NCBI GenBank assembly: GCA_030656615.1
Contig: JAUSOY010000083.1
Location: 58,966-122,965 of the forward strand
DNA: 64,000 nucleotides
Direction of reading: 5' to 3'
DNA from: Bacteroidales bacterium
GTDB taxonomy: Bacteria; Bacteroidota; Bacteroidia; Bacteroidales; TTA-H9
This document shows positions 45,910 to 54,428 of this stretch, piece after piece. Position numbers and translations under genes: made by a program. The first letter of the stretch is position 1. Every line of letters begins with the position of its first letter. A model generated the notes under the pieces. That model made no database searches. It was not told the origin of the DNA and was given only the letters and a program-made list of their open reading frames with translations.

Positions 45910-47376
45910 TTAAATATTGATTCCTAGAGCTTCTGTTAATTCTGTTTTGTCATCAAAGGGATGTTTTATCCCTTGAATTTCCTGGTATTTTTCATGTCCT
46001 TTCCCAGCCACCAGGATAATATCACCGGGTTGAGCCAGCATACATGCGGTACGTATGGCTTCACGACGGTTTACTATACTGAGCACCCGGGTATTGGTAG
46101 TTCCTTTTAATCCTTCTTTCATATCCTGAATAATAGTTTCGGGATCTTCTGACCGTGGATTATCTGAAGTGAGTATTAGGACATCACTCTGATTAACAGC
46201 GATTTTTGCCATTTCCGAGCGCTTGGCTTTATCACGGTCGCCACCGGCACCTATCACAGCAATAATTCGTTCGCCCGCTTGACGTATACCCGTAATCGTT
46301 GATAAAACATTATCGAGGGCATCGGGTGTATGGGCATAATCTATAATACCTGTAATTCCGTTCGCATTACGTACATATTCAAACCGGCCTTCAGCAGATT
46401 CTAATTGACTCATTTGGCTAAGAATTTCGAATTGTTCAAAGCCTAATTCCATAGCTGCCCCATAAATTGCCAAAAGGTTACTGGCATTGAATTCGCCAAC
46501 TAAGCGAAACCATGTTTCCTGACCACCAATCGTCATCAACAATCCTTCAAAATGATTTTCAAGAATCCGTGCATGATAATTGGCTAAAGTTTTAAGGGCA
46601 TAGGTGCATTTACGGGCCTTTGTGTTTTGAAGCATTACCATACCGTTGCGGTCGTCGGTATTGGTCAGGGCAAATGCATCTTTTCCTAAGCTGTCGAAGA
46701 ATTTTTTCTTTGCATGAAGGTATGCTGCAAAAGTTTTGTGATAATCGAGATGATCGTGAGTAAGATTGGTAAAAATGCCTCCACTAAACGTTAAACCAGC
46801 GATTCGATTCTGATCTATGGCATGAGAGCTCACTTCCATAAATGCAAATTCACAACCTGCTTCACACATATTGCTTAAAAGCCTATTGATGCTGACAGCA
46901 TCGGGCGTTGTATGGGTTGCCTCAATTTTTATTTCAGCTACTTTGTTTTCTACGGTACTGAGAAGGCCGCAACGGAATCCCATTTGTGTAAACAGCCGGT
47001 ATAGTAGCGTGGCAATGGTTGTCTTTCCATTGGTGCCTGTTACACCTATTAGCCGGAGTTTGTCTGAGGGATGATGATAATAAGCTGCGGCCATTTTCCC
47101 CAGAGTTAAGGATGCGTCTTCAACGAGGATATAATCTGTATTGCTATTTATTATTTCAGGCATAATTTCACAAACAATAGCAATAGCGCCTTTTTCAACA
47201 GCACCAGAAATGTATTGATGGCCATCGGCCTGACTTCCTCGAATAGCAACAAACAGGCAATCCTTTTCGATTTTTCGTGAATCAAATACCAGAGAAGAAA
47301 TCATGTAATCCGTAAGTTTCGTACGGCTTTTGATTTCTAAATCCTTTAATAATATGTTTATCGAAATGCCTGTCAT
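45910..47376 (-). CDS. murE: UDP-N-acetylmuramoyl-L-alanyl-D-glutamate--2,6-diaminopimelate ligase
   Basis: GVTGTNGKTT plus the DNPR motif (SDNPRSEDP) typical of meso-DAP-adding MurE. Confidence 0.95.
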   Translation of the reverse strand: MTGISINILLKDLEIKSRTKLTDYMISSLVFDSRKIEKDCLFVAIRGSQADGHQYISGAVEKGAIAIVCEIMPEIINSNTDYILVEDASLTLGKMAAAYYHHPSDKLRLIGVTGTNGKTTIATLLYRLFTQMGFRCGLLSTVENKVAEIKIEATHTTPDAVSINRLLSNMCEAGCEFAFMEVSSHAIDQNRIAGLTFSGGIFTNLTHDHLDYHKTFAAYLHAKKKFFDSLGKDAFALTNTDDRNGMVMLQNTKARKCTYALKTLANYHARILENHFEGLLMTIGGQETWFRLVGEFNASNLLAIYGAAMELGFEQFEILSQMSQLESAEGRFEYVRNANGITGIIDYAHTPDALDNVLSTITGIRQAGERIIAVIGAGGDRDKAKRSEMAKIAVNQSDVLILTSDNPRSEDPETIIQDMKEGLKGTTNTRVLSIVNRREAIRTACMLAQPGDIILVAGKGHEKYQEIQGIKHPFDDKTELTEALGINI

Positions 47377-49505
47377 GACGATGTGCTTGATAGTTGAAGA
47401 AATATTTCTGAGCCAATATTAAAGGGTGAGCCGGCTTTTAGTGATTGGCTGCTAACTCTACCTTTTCCACTGAATTTTACTTTTAACCCGATATCCTCAA
47501 GGATGAAAATGGCATCCCTCGCGGTCATTCCACTGACGTCAGGGATAAATTTTTTACCAAGCAGCAATGGATTAAGGATAATGCCACCTTTACCTCGCCC
47601 GGGTTTTACCCAGTTTGATTTTGTATCTGTTGATTCAATGGGCAGGCTTAGGCTGGCACAAACCAGTGCCAAATCCATCATTGAAGATGGTGCCATATCA
47701 GGCCAGCGTTGCATGAGTATTTCGTTATTTACAAGACCAGCCGTTTGTTTTTTGTCTTTCAAACTGATGTGGGTCGCGTATACTTTATCTGCTATTTCTC
47801 TGAAGACCGGTGCGGCAACTCGCCCTCCATAAATCTCTCCTTCGGTCGGATTATTTACAACCACAATGCACGAAAACTCCGGATTATCGGCAGGAAAGTA
47901 TCCTACGAAAGAGGCGTTATAGTCACTTTTATTATAACTGCCACCACGGGCAATCTGTGCTGTGCCTGTTTTTCCGGCGACAGAGTACGGACTGTTTTTG
48001 AAGACATTTTTTCCTGTGCCATTTTTTATAACACCCTCCAACATTTCCTTCGCCTTTAATAAGGTGTTTTGCGAACAAATGGCGGGATTAATAATTTCTG
48101 GTTCGATCGATAGTGCTGATTTTCCAGATTCCCGTATTTCTTTAACAAAATGTGGTTTAACCATCACTCCGTTATTTGCAATAGCATTATAGAACGTCAA
48201 TGTTTGTATTGGGGTGATACGTAATTCGTAACCAATCGACATCCATGGAAGGCTGGTTGCTGACCATTCTTTATGATCCGGGTGTTTTATAAATGGTGCA
48301 TTTTCGCCTTGAATTTCCAACCCCAGTTTTTTTCCCAACGACATATCATAGAGCCTTTTGGTGTAACGTTCTGGTTTGCTGTGAAAACAACGGCTTACAA
48401 ATTTTGAAACACCAACATTGGATGATTCCTCAAATGCCTCTCTGAAAGTTATGTATTTGAGGTTGAGAGGGTGCGAATCTTTCATTTCATGTCCAGCCCA
48501 TTTCACAGAACCATTTCCATAACTTACAGAGTCTTCGAGACTGGTATTTTCCTCTTCCAAAACGGAAATCATCGACGCCAGTTTAAACGTGCTACCTGGT
48601 TCTATACTTTCGGCCAAAGCATAATTGTATATTTCGTCGTACCTGCCTTCTTTATTCTTTTTTAAATTCGCGATGGCCATTATCTCACCGGTACTAACTT
48701 TCATCAATACCGCACAGCCTTGTTCAGCCTTATGATGAATCAGGTGGGTCATGAGAGCACTTTCAGCAACATCCTGCAGCCGTATGTCAATGGTACTTAC
48801 TACATCTTTTCCATTCTGCGGTTCGATGCGGTCATTGTTGTTCAATGGAATCCATTCGCCACCCGAAATGCGTTGTAGCCACATTTTACCGGTAACTCCT
48901 TGCAGATATTTGTTGTAAGCTCCTTCGAGACCAACAAATAGATTTTCTGTTTCATTTTCGTAACCAATAGTTCTTCTTGCCAATAAACCATAAGGCATTC
49001 GTCTAACATATTTTTGGATAAGAATCAATCCTCCTTTATGTTGTCCCCTACGGAAAATTGGAAATTTTTCGAGTTTTTTAATGGCCGTATAATCCACATT
49101 ACGCTTTAATAGCAAATATCTTTCGCCACTTTTTCTGGCTTTTTGAAGTATTGCTTTGTAATCAGCAGATGGTTTATCGCGGAATAGTTTTGAAAGGCAG
49201 AAAGCGAGACTATCAATGTTTTCTTTAAAATCGGATGAAGAAATGTTGGAGGATGCAACATCCATGCGTACGTCAAAAATGGGAACAGTTGTTGCCAGAA
49301 GACTTCCATCAGCAGCAAGGACATTTCCTCTCATCGCTTCAATGCTTCCGTATTTAACTGTTGTTTCTTCTGATAGTTTTTTATAAGATTCACCTTTTAC
49401 AGTCTGTATAAAAATGGCCTTACCTAAAATGACAATACTTATAGCAAACAAGGCCCAGTAAAGGAGCCATAGTCGCCAAAGTATATCTTTTTTCAGGTCT
49501 TCCAT
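47373..49505 (-). CDS. ftsI: penicillin-binding protein 3 (FtsI) with a C-terminal PASTA-like domain
   Basis: N-terminal TM and the transpeptidase motifs STFK (PGSTFKL), SN(V) and KTGT. The roughly 60-aa C-terminal segment IPDVSGMTARDAIFILEDIGLKVKFSGKGRV is PASTA-like. Confidence 0.9.
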   Translation of the reverse strand: MEDLKKDILWRLWLLYWALFAISIVILGKAIFIQTVKGESYKKLSEETTVKYGSIEAMRGNVLAADGSLLATTVPIFDVRMDVASSNISSSDFKENIDSLAFCLSKLFRDKPSADYKAILQKARKSGERYLLLKRNVDYTAIKKLEKFPIFRRGQHKGGLILIQKYVRRMPYGLLARRTIGYENETENLFVGLEGAYNKYLQGVTGKMWLQRISGGEWIPLNNNDRIEPQNGKDVVSTIDIRLQDVAESALMTHLIHHKAEQGCAVLMKVSTGEIMAIANLKKNKEGRYDEIYNYALAESIEPGSTFKLASMISVLEEENTSLEDSVSYGNGSVKWAGHEMKDSHPLNLKYITFREAFEESSNVGVSKFVSRCFHSKPERYTKRLYDMSLGKKLGLEIQGENAPFIKHPDHKEWSATSLPWMSIGYELRITPIQTLTFYNAIANNGVMVKPHFVKEIRESGKSALSIEPEIINPAICSQNTLLKAKEMLEGVIKNGTGKNVFKNSPYSVAGKTGTAQIARGGSYNKSDYNASFVGYFPADNPEFSCIVVVNNPTEGEIYGGRVAAPVFREIADKVYATHISLKDKKQTAGLVNNEILMQRWPDMAPSSMMDLALVCASLSLPIESTDTKSNWVKPGRGKGGIILNPLLLGKKFIPDVSGMTARDAIFILEDIGLKVKFSGKGRVSSQSLKAGSPFNIGSEIFLQLSSTSS

Positions 49506-49511
49506 TTTTTA

Positions 49512-49925
49512 TTATTTTTCTGATGCAAATTCGTTTTTTGTAACAATGATTTTTTCAGGAGGGACTCTTGACTCCTGAATTCCACTACCCATTAATTTTC
49601 TTGCCAAACGCGATTGTTTAGTGCTATCCATGAATTGCGATTTGACGGTGATATATTCAAACCGGAGTTCTTTGATTTCCTTTTTTACACTGTTAATTTC
49701 CCGATGGGTTTTAACTGCGTTATAAGTCAGCCATATGTAGATTACCCCCAGGCCTGCAATAAAGAGGATGAAAGGGAGAAGTTTCCGTGAATTGGTGTTT
49801 ATCAGTAAACTTCCATCCATTAGCTGTTTAAAAACACCTTTTTTCTTCTTTTTGCTATTGTTTGGTACTTGAGATTCCGGGGCGGAAGGATTTTCCTTTG
49901 GCATTGCCTGATTGTATTCGGTCAT
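49512..49925 (-). CDS. ftsL: FtsL-like cell division protein
   Basis: Small bitopic protein (TM LLPFILFIAGLGVIYIW followed by a coiled coil). Position between rsmH and ftsI. Confidence 0.65.
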   Translation of the reverse strand: MTEYNQAMPKENPSAPESQVPNNSKKKKKGVFKQLMDGSLLINTNSRKLLPFILFIAGLGVIYIWLTYNAVKTHREINSVKKEIKELRFEYITVKSQFMDSTKQSRLARKLMGSGIQESRVPPEKIIVTKNEFASEK

Positions 49926-50821
49926 AATTCCCTCCTCTCCGCAACTCTGAGGTGTGCGCTTCGTGAGCGGGGATTATTTTCCATTTCTTCATCGGAAGCA
50001 CTAATGGCCTTTCGGGTGATAAGTGTAAATGGAGTTAGTACATTACCAAAAAAATCTTTTTTAATATCGCCTTCCAGATTTCCGGAGCGTAGGAAGTTCT
50101 TTACCATGCGGTCTTCGAGCGAGTGATACGACATAATTACGAGCCTTCCACCTGGCTTAAGACATTCGATGGTTTGTTCAAGAAATTCGCCTAAAACACT
50201 CATTTCTTCATTTACTTCGATGCGAAGAGCCTGAAATACCTGAGCTAAAAATTTATTTTCCTGATGACGGGGAGCCAGTTTTTGGCATATTTCACGGAGA
50301 TGGCCCGTTGTTAAAATGGGTTTCTGCTGACGCGCTTCAATAAGGTTAACAGCAAGGCGATGAGCATTGGATAGGTCAGCGTATTTACGAAACATAGACC
50401 GTAATCCATCCTCGTCGTACGAATTAACCACATCGGCGGCAGTTTGTACGCGACGTCTGTCCATCCGCATATCCAAAGGAGCATCGAAACGGGTAGAGAA
50501 GCCCTTAGATCCTTCATCGATCTGATAGGACGAAATGCCCAGATCAGCAAGAATACCATCTACCGGAAGGCATTCATACATGCGTAGGAAGTTTTTAAGA
50601 TACCGGAAGTTTTGATGGACCAATTCCAATCGTTCATCTCCCGGATGATTTGCCAGTGCATCTTCATCCTGATCAAAAGCAATTAACCGACCTTTTCCCA
50701 AGCCACGCAGGATTTCAGCCGAATGGCCTCCGCCACCGAAGGTTGCATCAACATAAACGCCGCCTTCACGAACGTTTAAGGCGTTGATACTTTCGGTCAA
50801 CATAACTGGGGTATGGTACAT
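49922..50821 (-). CDS. rsmH: 16S rRNA (cytosine1402-N4)-methyltransferase
   Basis: YHTPVML.E......G.YVDATFGGGGHS and the DLGISS motif. Confidence 0.95.
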   Translation of the reverse strand: MYHTPVMLTESINALNVREGGVYVDATFGGGGHSAEILRGLGKGRLIAFDQDEDALANHPGDERLELVHQNFRYLKNFLRMYECLPVDGILADLGISSYQIDEGSKGFSTRFDAPLDMRMDRRRVQTAADVVNSYDEDGLRSMFRKYADLSNAHRLAVNLIEARQQKPILTTGHLREICQKLAPRHQENKFLAQVFQALRIEVNEEMSVLGEFLEQTIECLKPGGRLVIMSYHSLEDRMVKNFLRSGNLEGDIKKDFFGNVLTPFTLITRKAISASDEEMENNPRSRSAHLRVAERREL

Positions 50822-50837
50822 ACGCCTGGTTTTTGAA

Positions 50838-51305
50838 TTATTGATTATTAAGCGGTGGCATATTTCCCATAACTTTTACAGAAAGGGTTGCCATGTCGGT
50901 ATCAGGGTTGTTCACTGTTTGCTCGTAAGCCTTCAGATCCCATATTTCGAATTTATTAATGGCCGAAGTAACGCGCACTTCCTTTTTTAATCCAGCGTAT
51001 TCGGCTAAATCTTTAGAAATCAGCAGACGATGAGAGGCATCGAGCTCCAAAAAATTAGCACCAGCCAAAAACATTCGTATAAAAGCCTGATTTTCAGGAA
51101 TGAATTGATTGATCTGACTAATGTTGTCCATCTCTTTTTTCCATTCCGATATCGGATACAATTCCAAACAGCGCGAATGTGTTCCTCTTCTGATTACAAA
51201 TCCTTCATGCAATACACCTTCCAGCTGCTTTTTAAGCGCCACCGGAAACTGTAGACGATTCTTATCGTCGAGCTTACAAGGATGTGAACCAATGAAATAC
51301 AGCAT
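50838..51305 (-). CDS. mraZ: division/cell wall cluster transcriptional regulator MraZ
   Basis: Two SpoVT/AbrB-like halves (KLDDKNRLQFP and LDASHRLLIS). First gene of the dcw cluster. Confidence 0.93.
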   Translation of the reverse strand: MLYFIGSHPCKLDDKNRLQFPVALKKQLEGVLHEGFVIRRGTHSRCLELYPISEWKKEMDNISQINQFIPENQAFIRMFLAGANFLELDASHRLLISKDLAEYAGLKKEVRVTSAINKFEIWDLKAYEQTVNNPDTDMATLSVKVMGNMPPLNNQ

Positions 51306-51322
51306 TTAGCTATTGTTTAAAA

Positions 51323-51330
51323 CAAATGTA
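51323..51330 (-). promoter_or_regulatory. Bacteroidota -7 box TACATTTG (candidate dcw/mraZ promoter)
   Basis: The plus strand reads CAAATGTA, a perfect TAnnTTTG on the minus strand, 17 nt upstream of the mraZ ATG. A TTTG lies 25 nt further upstream, which is longer than the usual -33 spacing. Confidence 0.45.
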
Positions 51331-51337
51331 CGGAATC

Positions 51338-51346
51338 ATTCCCCAC
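51338..51346 (-). promoter_or_regulatory. GTGGGGAAT box (candidate MraZ-binding repeat) abutting the mraZ -7 box
   Basis: The plus strand reads ATTCCCCAC, the exact reverse complement of GTGGGGAAT at 51502-51510. It overlaps the palindrome GGAATCATTCC (51332-51342). Confidence 0.35.
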
Positions 51347-51491
51347 TTTGTTGCACAAAATTCCTTTTTTTTGCGCTTTTATCAACCATTGTTAATAACT
51401 TTTCCTGTTCAAGCTTTTAAATTACAATATTATTTTAACATAAGCATCAATAAATTAATATTTTATGATTATTGATGATCGAATAATGTTG

Positions 51492-51510
51492 GTGGAGTGT
51501 TGTGGGGAAT
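51492..51510 (+). promoter_or_regulatory. tandem GTGGAG-N4-GTGGGG(AAT) repeats (candidate MraZ boxes)
   Basis: GTGGAGTGTTGTGGGGAAT is two GTGG(A/G)G units with a 10-bp period, in the AT-rich divergent region. Confidence 0.35.
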
Positions 51511-51577
51511 TTAATATGATTGAAAACGATATGTTATAGAGCTTTATTTCTATTAACTTATTGTGGCCTAAAATGTC

Positions 51578-51585
51578 TAATTTTG
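51578..51585 (+). promoter_or_regulatory. Bacteroidota -7 box TAATTTTG
   Basis: Perfect TAnnTTTG 17 nt upstream of ATG 51603. It lies inside the longer ORF-track call that starts at 51561. Confidence 0.45.
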
Positions 51586-51602
51586 TGGTGTTTCTCAATA
51601 TT

Positions 51603-52475
51603 ATGCTGATGACAAAAACCGACCCTGATAATGAAGATGTAATTGGAAAAAACTTTATCGATCTCGATAAGGTTATTAAAGAGAAAAACCCACGCTTGTA
51701 CCGTCGGCTACCTCGTTTTGTCATCAGTTACCTCAAGAAGATTGCTCATCAGGAAGCCATAAATCAATTCCTTTACAAGCATCGCGAAAAGCAGGGTATC
51801 GCTTTTGTAGAAGCTATGCTGAATGAATTTGGTGTTATTGTTGAAACTTCCGGGTCATTATTAATTCCTGACGATCGACAGTTGATACTTGTTGCCAATC
51901 ACCCATTGGGTGGTATTGACGGTCTGGCGCTGATAAGTGTAGCTGCTAAAGCCGGTCTTGATATTGTCTTTCCGGTGAATGATTTATTGATGAATGTCCC
52001 GAATGTTCGTTCTTTGTTTATTCCGGTTAATAAACATGGTCGTAATGCTCGTTTGGTCAGGGAATTAGACGAAAGTTTCTCGTCCCCAAAAACGATACTG
52101 TATTTTCCGGCTGGTTTATGTTCGCGTAAAGTTGATGGTAGAATTGTTGATTTGGAATGGAAGAAAACATTTGTAGTGAAAGCCCGCACATTTAAAAGAG
52201 ATATAATTCCTGTTCATATTGAGGCCCGTAATTCTTCTTTTTTTTATAATCTTGCCAGAATCCGTAAAATTTTCGGTATTAAAACGAACATTGAAATGAT
52301 GTTTCTTGTTGATGAGATGATGAAACAGAAGAATAAAACGATTCGGTTTACGTTTGGGAAACCAATTCCATGGAATGTTTTTGACAGCCGTTTTACTGAT
52401 CGGCAATGGGCTTCCAGTCTACGCGATTTTGTTTATACTTTACCCAAAAATCCGAATCAAACTTTTAACGTATAA
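51603..52475 (+). CDS. lysophospholipid/lyso-aminolipid O-acyltransferase (PlsC/OlsA-like; gls-type)
   Basis: PlsC-family block VANHPLGGIDG plus FPAG. The N-terminus FIDLDKVIKEKNPRLYRRLPRFVISYLKKI is typical of the Bacteroidota acyltransferase that is paired with the hemolysin-like N-acyltransferase. Confidence 0.75.
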   Translation: MLMTKTDPDNEDVIGKNFIDLDKVIKEKNPRLYRRLPRFVISYLKKIAHQEAINQFLYKHREKQGIAFVEAMLNEFGVIVETSGSLLIPDDRQLILVANHPLGGIDGLALISVAAKAGLDIVFPVNDLLMNVPNVRSLFIPVNKHGRNARLVRELDESFSSPKTILYFPAGLCSRKVDGRIVDLEWKKTFVVKARTFKRDIIPVHIEARNSSFFYNLARIRKIFGIKTNIEMMFLVDEMMKQKNKTIRFTFGKPIPWNVFDSRFTDRQWASSLRDFVYTLPKNPNQTFNV

Positions 52476-52481
52476 TCTGTG

Positions 52482-53477
52482 ATGCTGCAAGAAGTCATAC
52501 CACCGGTAGATAGGGAGTTACTGGCAACAGAACTTACCGAGAATAAATTTCTGCGGAATACCAATTACGGCAGCCGTCAGATTTTTATAGTTACTCATCA
52601 TGATTCTCCGAATATCATGAGAGAAATTGGCCGATTGCGTGAGGTCTCTTTCCGTGATGCAGGTGGAGGTACAGGAAACGCCATCGATATTGATGAATTT
52701 GATACCAATATTGTCCCCTTTAAACAATTAATTGTTTGGGATCCGCATGATGAAGAAATTGTTGGCGGATATCGCTACATCCAATTGAAGGATGTGGAGG
52801 TTGATGAAAATGATAATTTTTTATCTCCTACTGCCCATTTATTTAAATACTCCTCACGCTTTATTCGTGATTTTATGCCTGTTACGATTGAATTGGGCCG
52901 AAGTTTTATTCAGCCAGCCTATCAGGCATCATTTAACATTCGTAAGGGAATGTTTTCGCTGGATAATTTATGGGATGGACTTGGTGCCTTGGTCATCGAA
53001 AACCCCTCGGTCAAATATTTTTTTGGCAAAATGACGATGTATCCGCATTATAATAGTACGGCCCGCGACATTTTACTGCATTTCTTACGTAAATATTTCC
53101 CCGATCCGCAAAAGCTGGTTTATCCAAAATATCCTGTAATTCCTGAATTTTCATCCGAAGATGCTGATAGACTTTTCATCGGTTCTACATTTGAAGAAAA
53201 TTATAAGATATTGAATCAGACCATTCGTGAACAAAAGGAAAATATTCCTCCTCTTGTGAATGCATACATGAACCTTTCTCCTACCATGCGGTTTTTTGGG
53301 ACTTCCATTAATAGCGAATTTGGTGAAGTGGAAGAAACGGGTATACTTATCACCATTAGCGATGTATACGAAAAAAAGATGAAAAGACATCTTGCAACGT
53401 ATATCAGCAAAATAAATTTGAGAAATTTTAAACTCCGCATCAGAATCCCACGAAATGAATCAAGTAAAGGAAGCTAA
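52482..53477 (+). CDS. OlsB-like / hemolysin-like amino-acid N-acyltransferase (GNAT-related; gls-type)
   Basis: A 330-aa protein with REIGRLREVSFRDAGGGTG... in the style of OlsB/commendamide-synthase-type N-acyl amino acid synthases. It starts 3-6 nt after the O-acyltransferase stop. Confidence 0.7.
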   Translation: MLQEVIPPVDRELLATELTENKFLRNTNYGSRQIFIVTHHDSPNIMREIGRLREVSFRDAGGGTGNAIDIDEFDTNIVPFKQLIVWDPHDEEIVGGYRYIQLKDVEVDENDNFLSPTAHLFKYSSRFIRDFMPVTIELGRSFIQPAYQASFNIRKGMFSLDNLWDGLGALVIENPSVKYFFGKMTMYPHYNSTARDILLHFLRKYFPDPQKLVYPKYPVIPEFSSEDADRLFIGSTFEENYKILNQTIREQKENIPPLVNAYMNLSPTMRFFGTSINSEFGEVEETGILITISDVYEKKMKRHLATYISKINLRNFKLRIRIPRNESSKGS

Positions 53478-54090
53478 ATATATTGGAAGTGTTGTCGATC
53501 AGTCTAAAGCGCCCAAACCCGATATGCCGGAACATGCCTTAATCGGCCGTTCGAATGTCGGTAAATCATCACTGATTAATATGCTATGCAGTAGGAAAAC
53601 GCTGGCTAAAATTAGTGTAACCCCCGGTAAAACCCGTACAATTAATCATTTCCTTATTGATAATCAATGGTATTTGGCCGATTTACCCGGATATGGCTAC
53701 GCAAAAATCTCTAAAACCGAACGTGAGAAGTGGGAAAAAATGATATGGAATTTCTTAAAAAGGAGACCAAATCTGGTCAATACCTTTATTTTAATTGATG
53801 TCAGATTGAAACCTCAAAAAATAGATATTGAGTTTATTAATAAGATGGGCGAACATGGATTGCCGTTTTCACTTGTGTTTACAAAAGTGGATAAGGTAGG
53901 AGCAGCGGCTGCCGATGCCAGCGTAGAGGTCTTTAAAAACGAACTCAGGCAGTATTGGGATCAACTGCCTGAGTATTTTATATCATCTTCAAAAAGTGGG
54001 CTGGGAAGAGAAGAAATTTTAGGTTGGATTTCTTCTACTAATGAGGAAGTGCGTCAGGACCCAGGTTTTCTAAGTTCGATTAACACCTGA
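53455..54090 (+). CDS. engB: ribosome biogenesis GTP-binding protein YihA/YsxC
   Basis: GRSNVGKSSLIN (G1), DLPGYGYA (G3) and TKVDK (G4). Its start overlaps the upstream gene by 23 nt. Confidence 0.92.
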   Translation: MNQVKEAKYIGSVVDQSKAPKPDMPEHALIGRSNVGKSSLINMLCSRKTLAKISVTPGKTRTINHFLIDNQWYLADLPGYGYAKISKTEREKWEKMIWNFLKRRPNLVNTFILIDVRLKPQKIDIEFINKMGEHGLPFSLVFTKVDKVGAAAADASVEVFKNELRQYWDQLPEYFISSSKSGLGREEILGWISSTNEEVRQDPGFLSSINT

Positions 54091-54386
54091 TTTTTAGTTA
54101 CTTTCATTCCTTCTTCCACGTATATTTTTACTACAACACCATCATAAGGAGCAATAATTTTATTGACCATTTTCATGGCTTCCAGGGTGCACAGTATTTC
54201 ACCTTCTTTAACAATTTTGCCTTCCTGGGTAGAAATCGTACGAATCGATCCTGGAATAAATGCAGTAAGCTTTGAAAGGTCACGCATTTCAAATTTCTTC
54301 TTCAAAACAAATTTGGGCGGTAGCGTTGTTTTATAGGACGTATCATCAATAGTTATACTATCGTATTTAATTTCTTTATTTGCCAT
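54054..54386 (-). CDS. biotin/lipoyl-attachment (biotin carboxyl carrier) protein
   Basis: The biotinylation motif EAMKM lies within ...GEILCTLEAMKMVNKIIAPYDGVV. Confidence 0.85.
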   Translation of the reverse strand: MANKEIKYDSITIDDTSYKTTLPPKFVLKKKFEMRDLSKLTAFIPGSIRTISTQEGKIVKEGEILCTLEAMKMVNKIIAPYDGVVVKIYVEEGMKVTKNQVLIELRKPGS

Positions 54387-54428
54387 CGTTTGTGTCTTTA
54401 GTTTGAAAAAACAAGGCTACTAACAACA

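Noticed and set aside
51465-51539. 24-codon sORF (MIIDDRIMLVECCGEFNMIENDML) in the mraZ upstream region.
   Set aside because: It has no -7 box or SD upstream and is very short. It overlaps the GTGG repeats, which are a better explanation for the sequence. It cannot be supported without conservation or Ribo-seq data.
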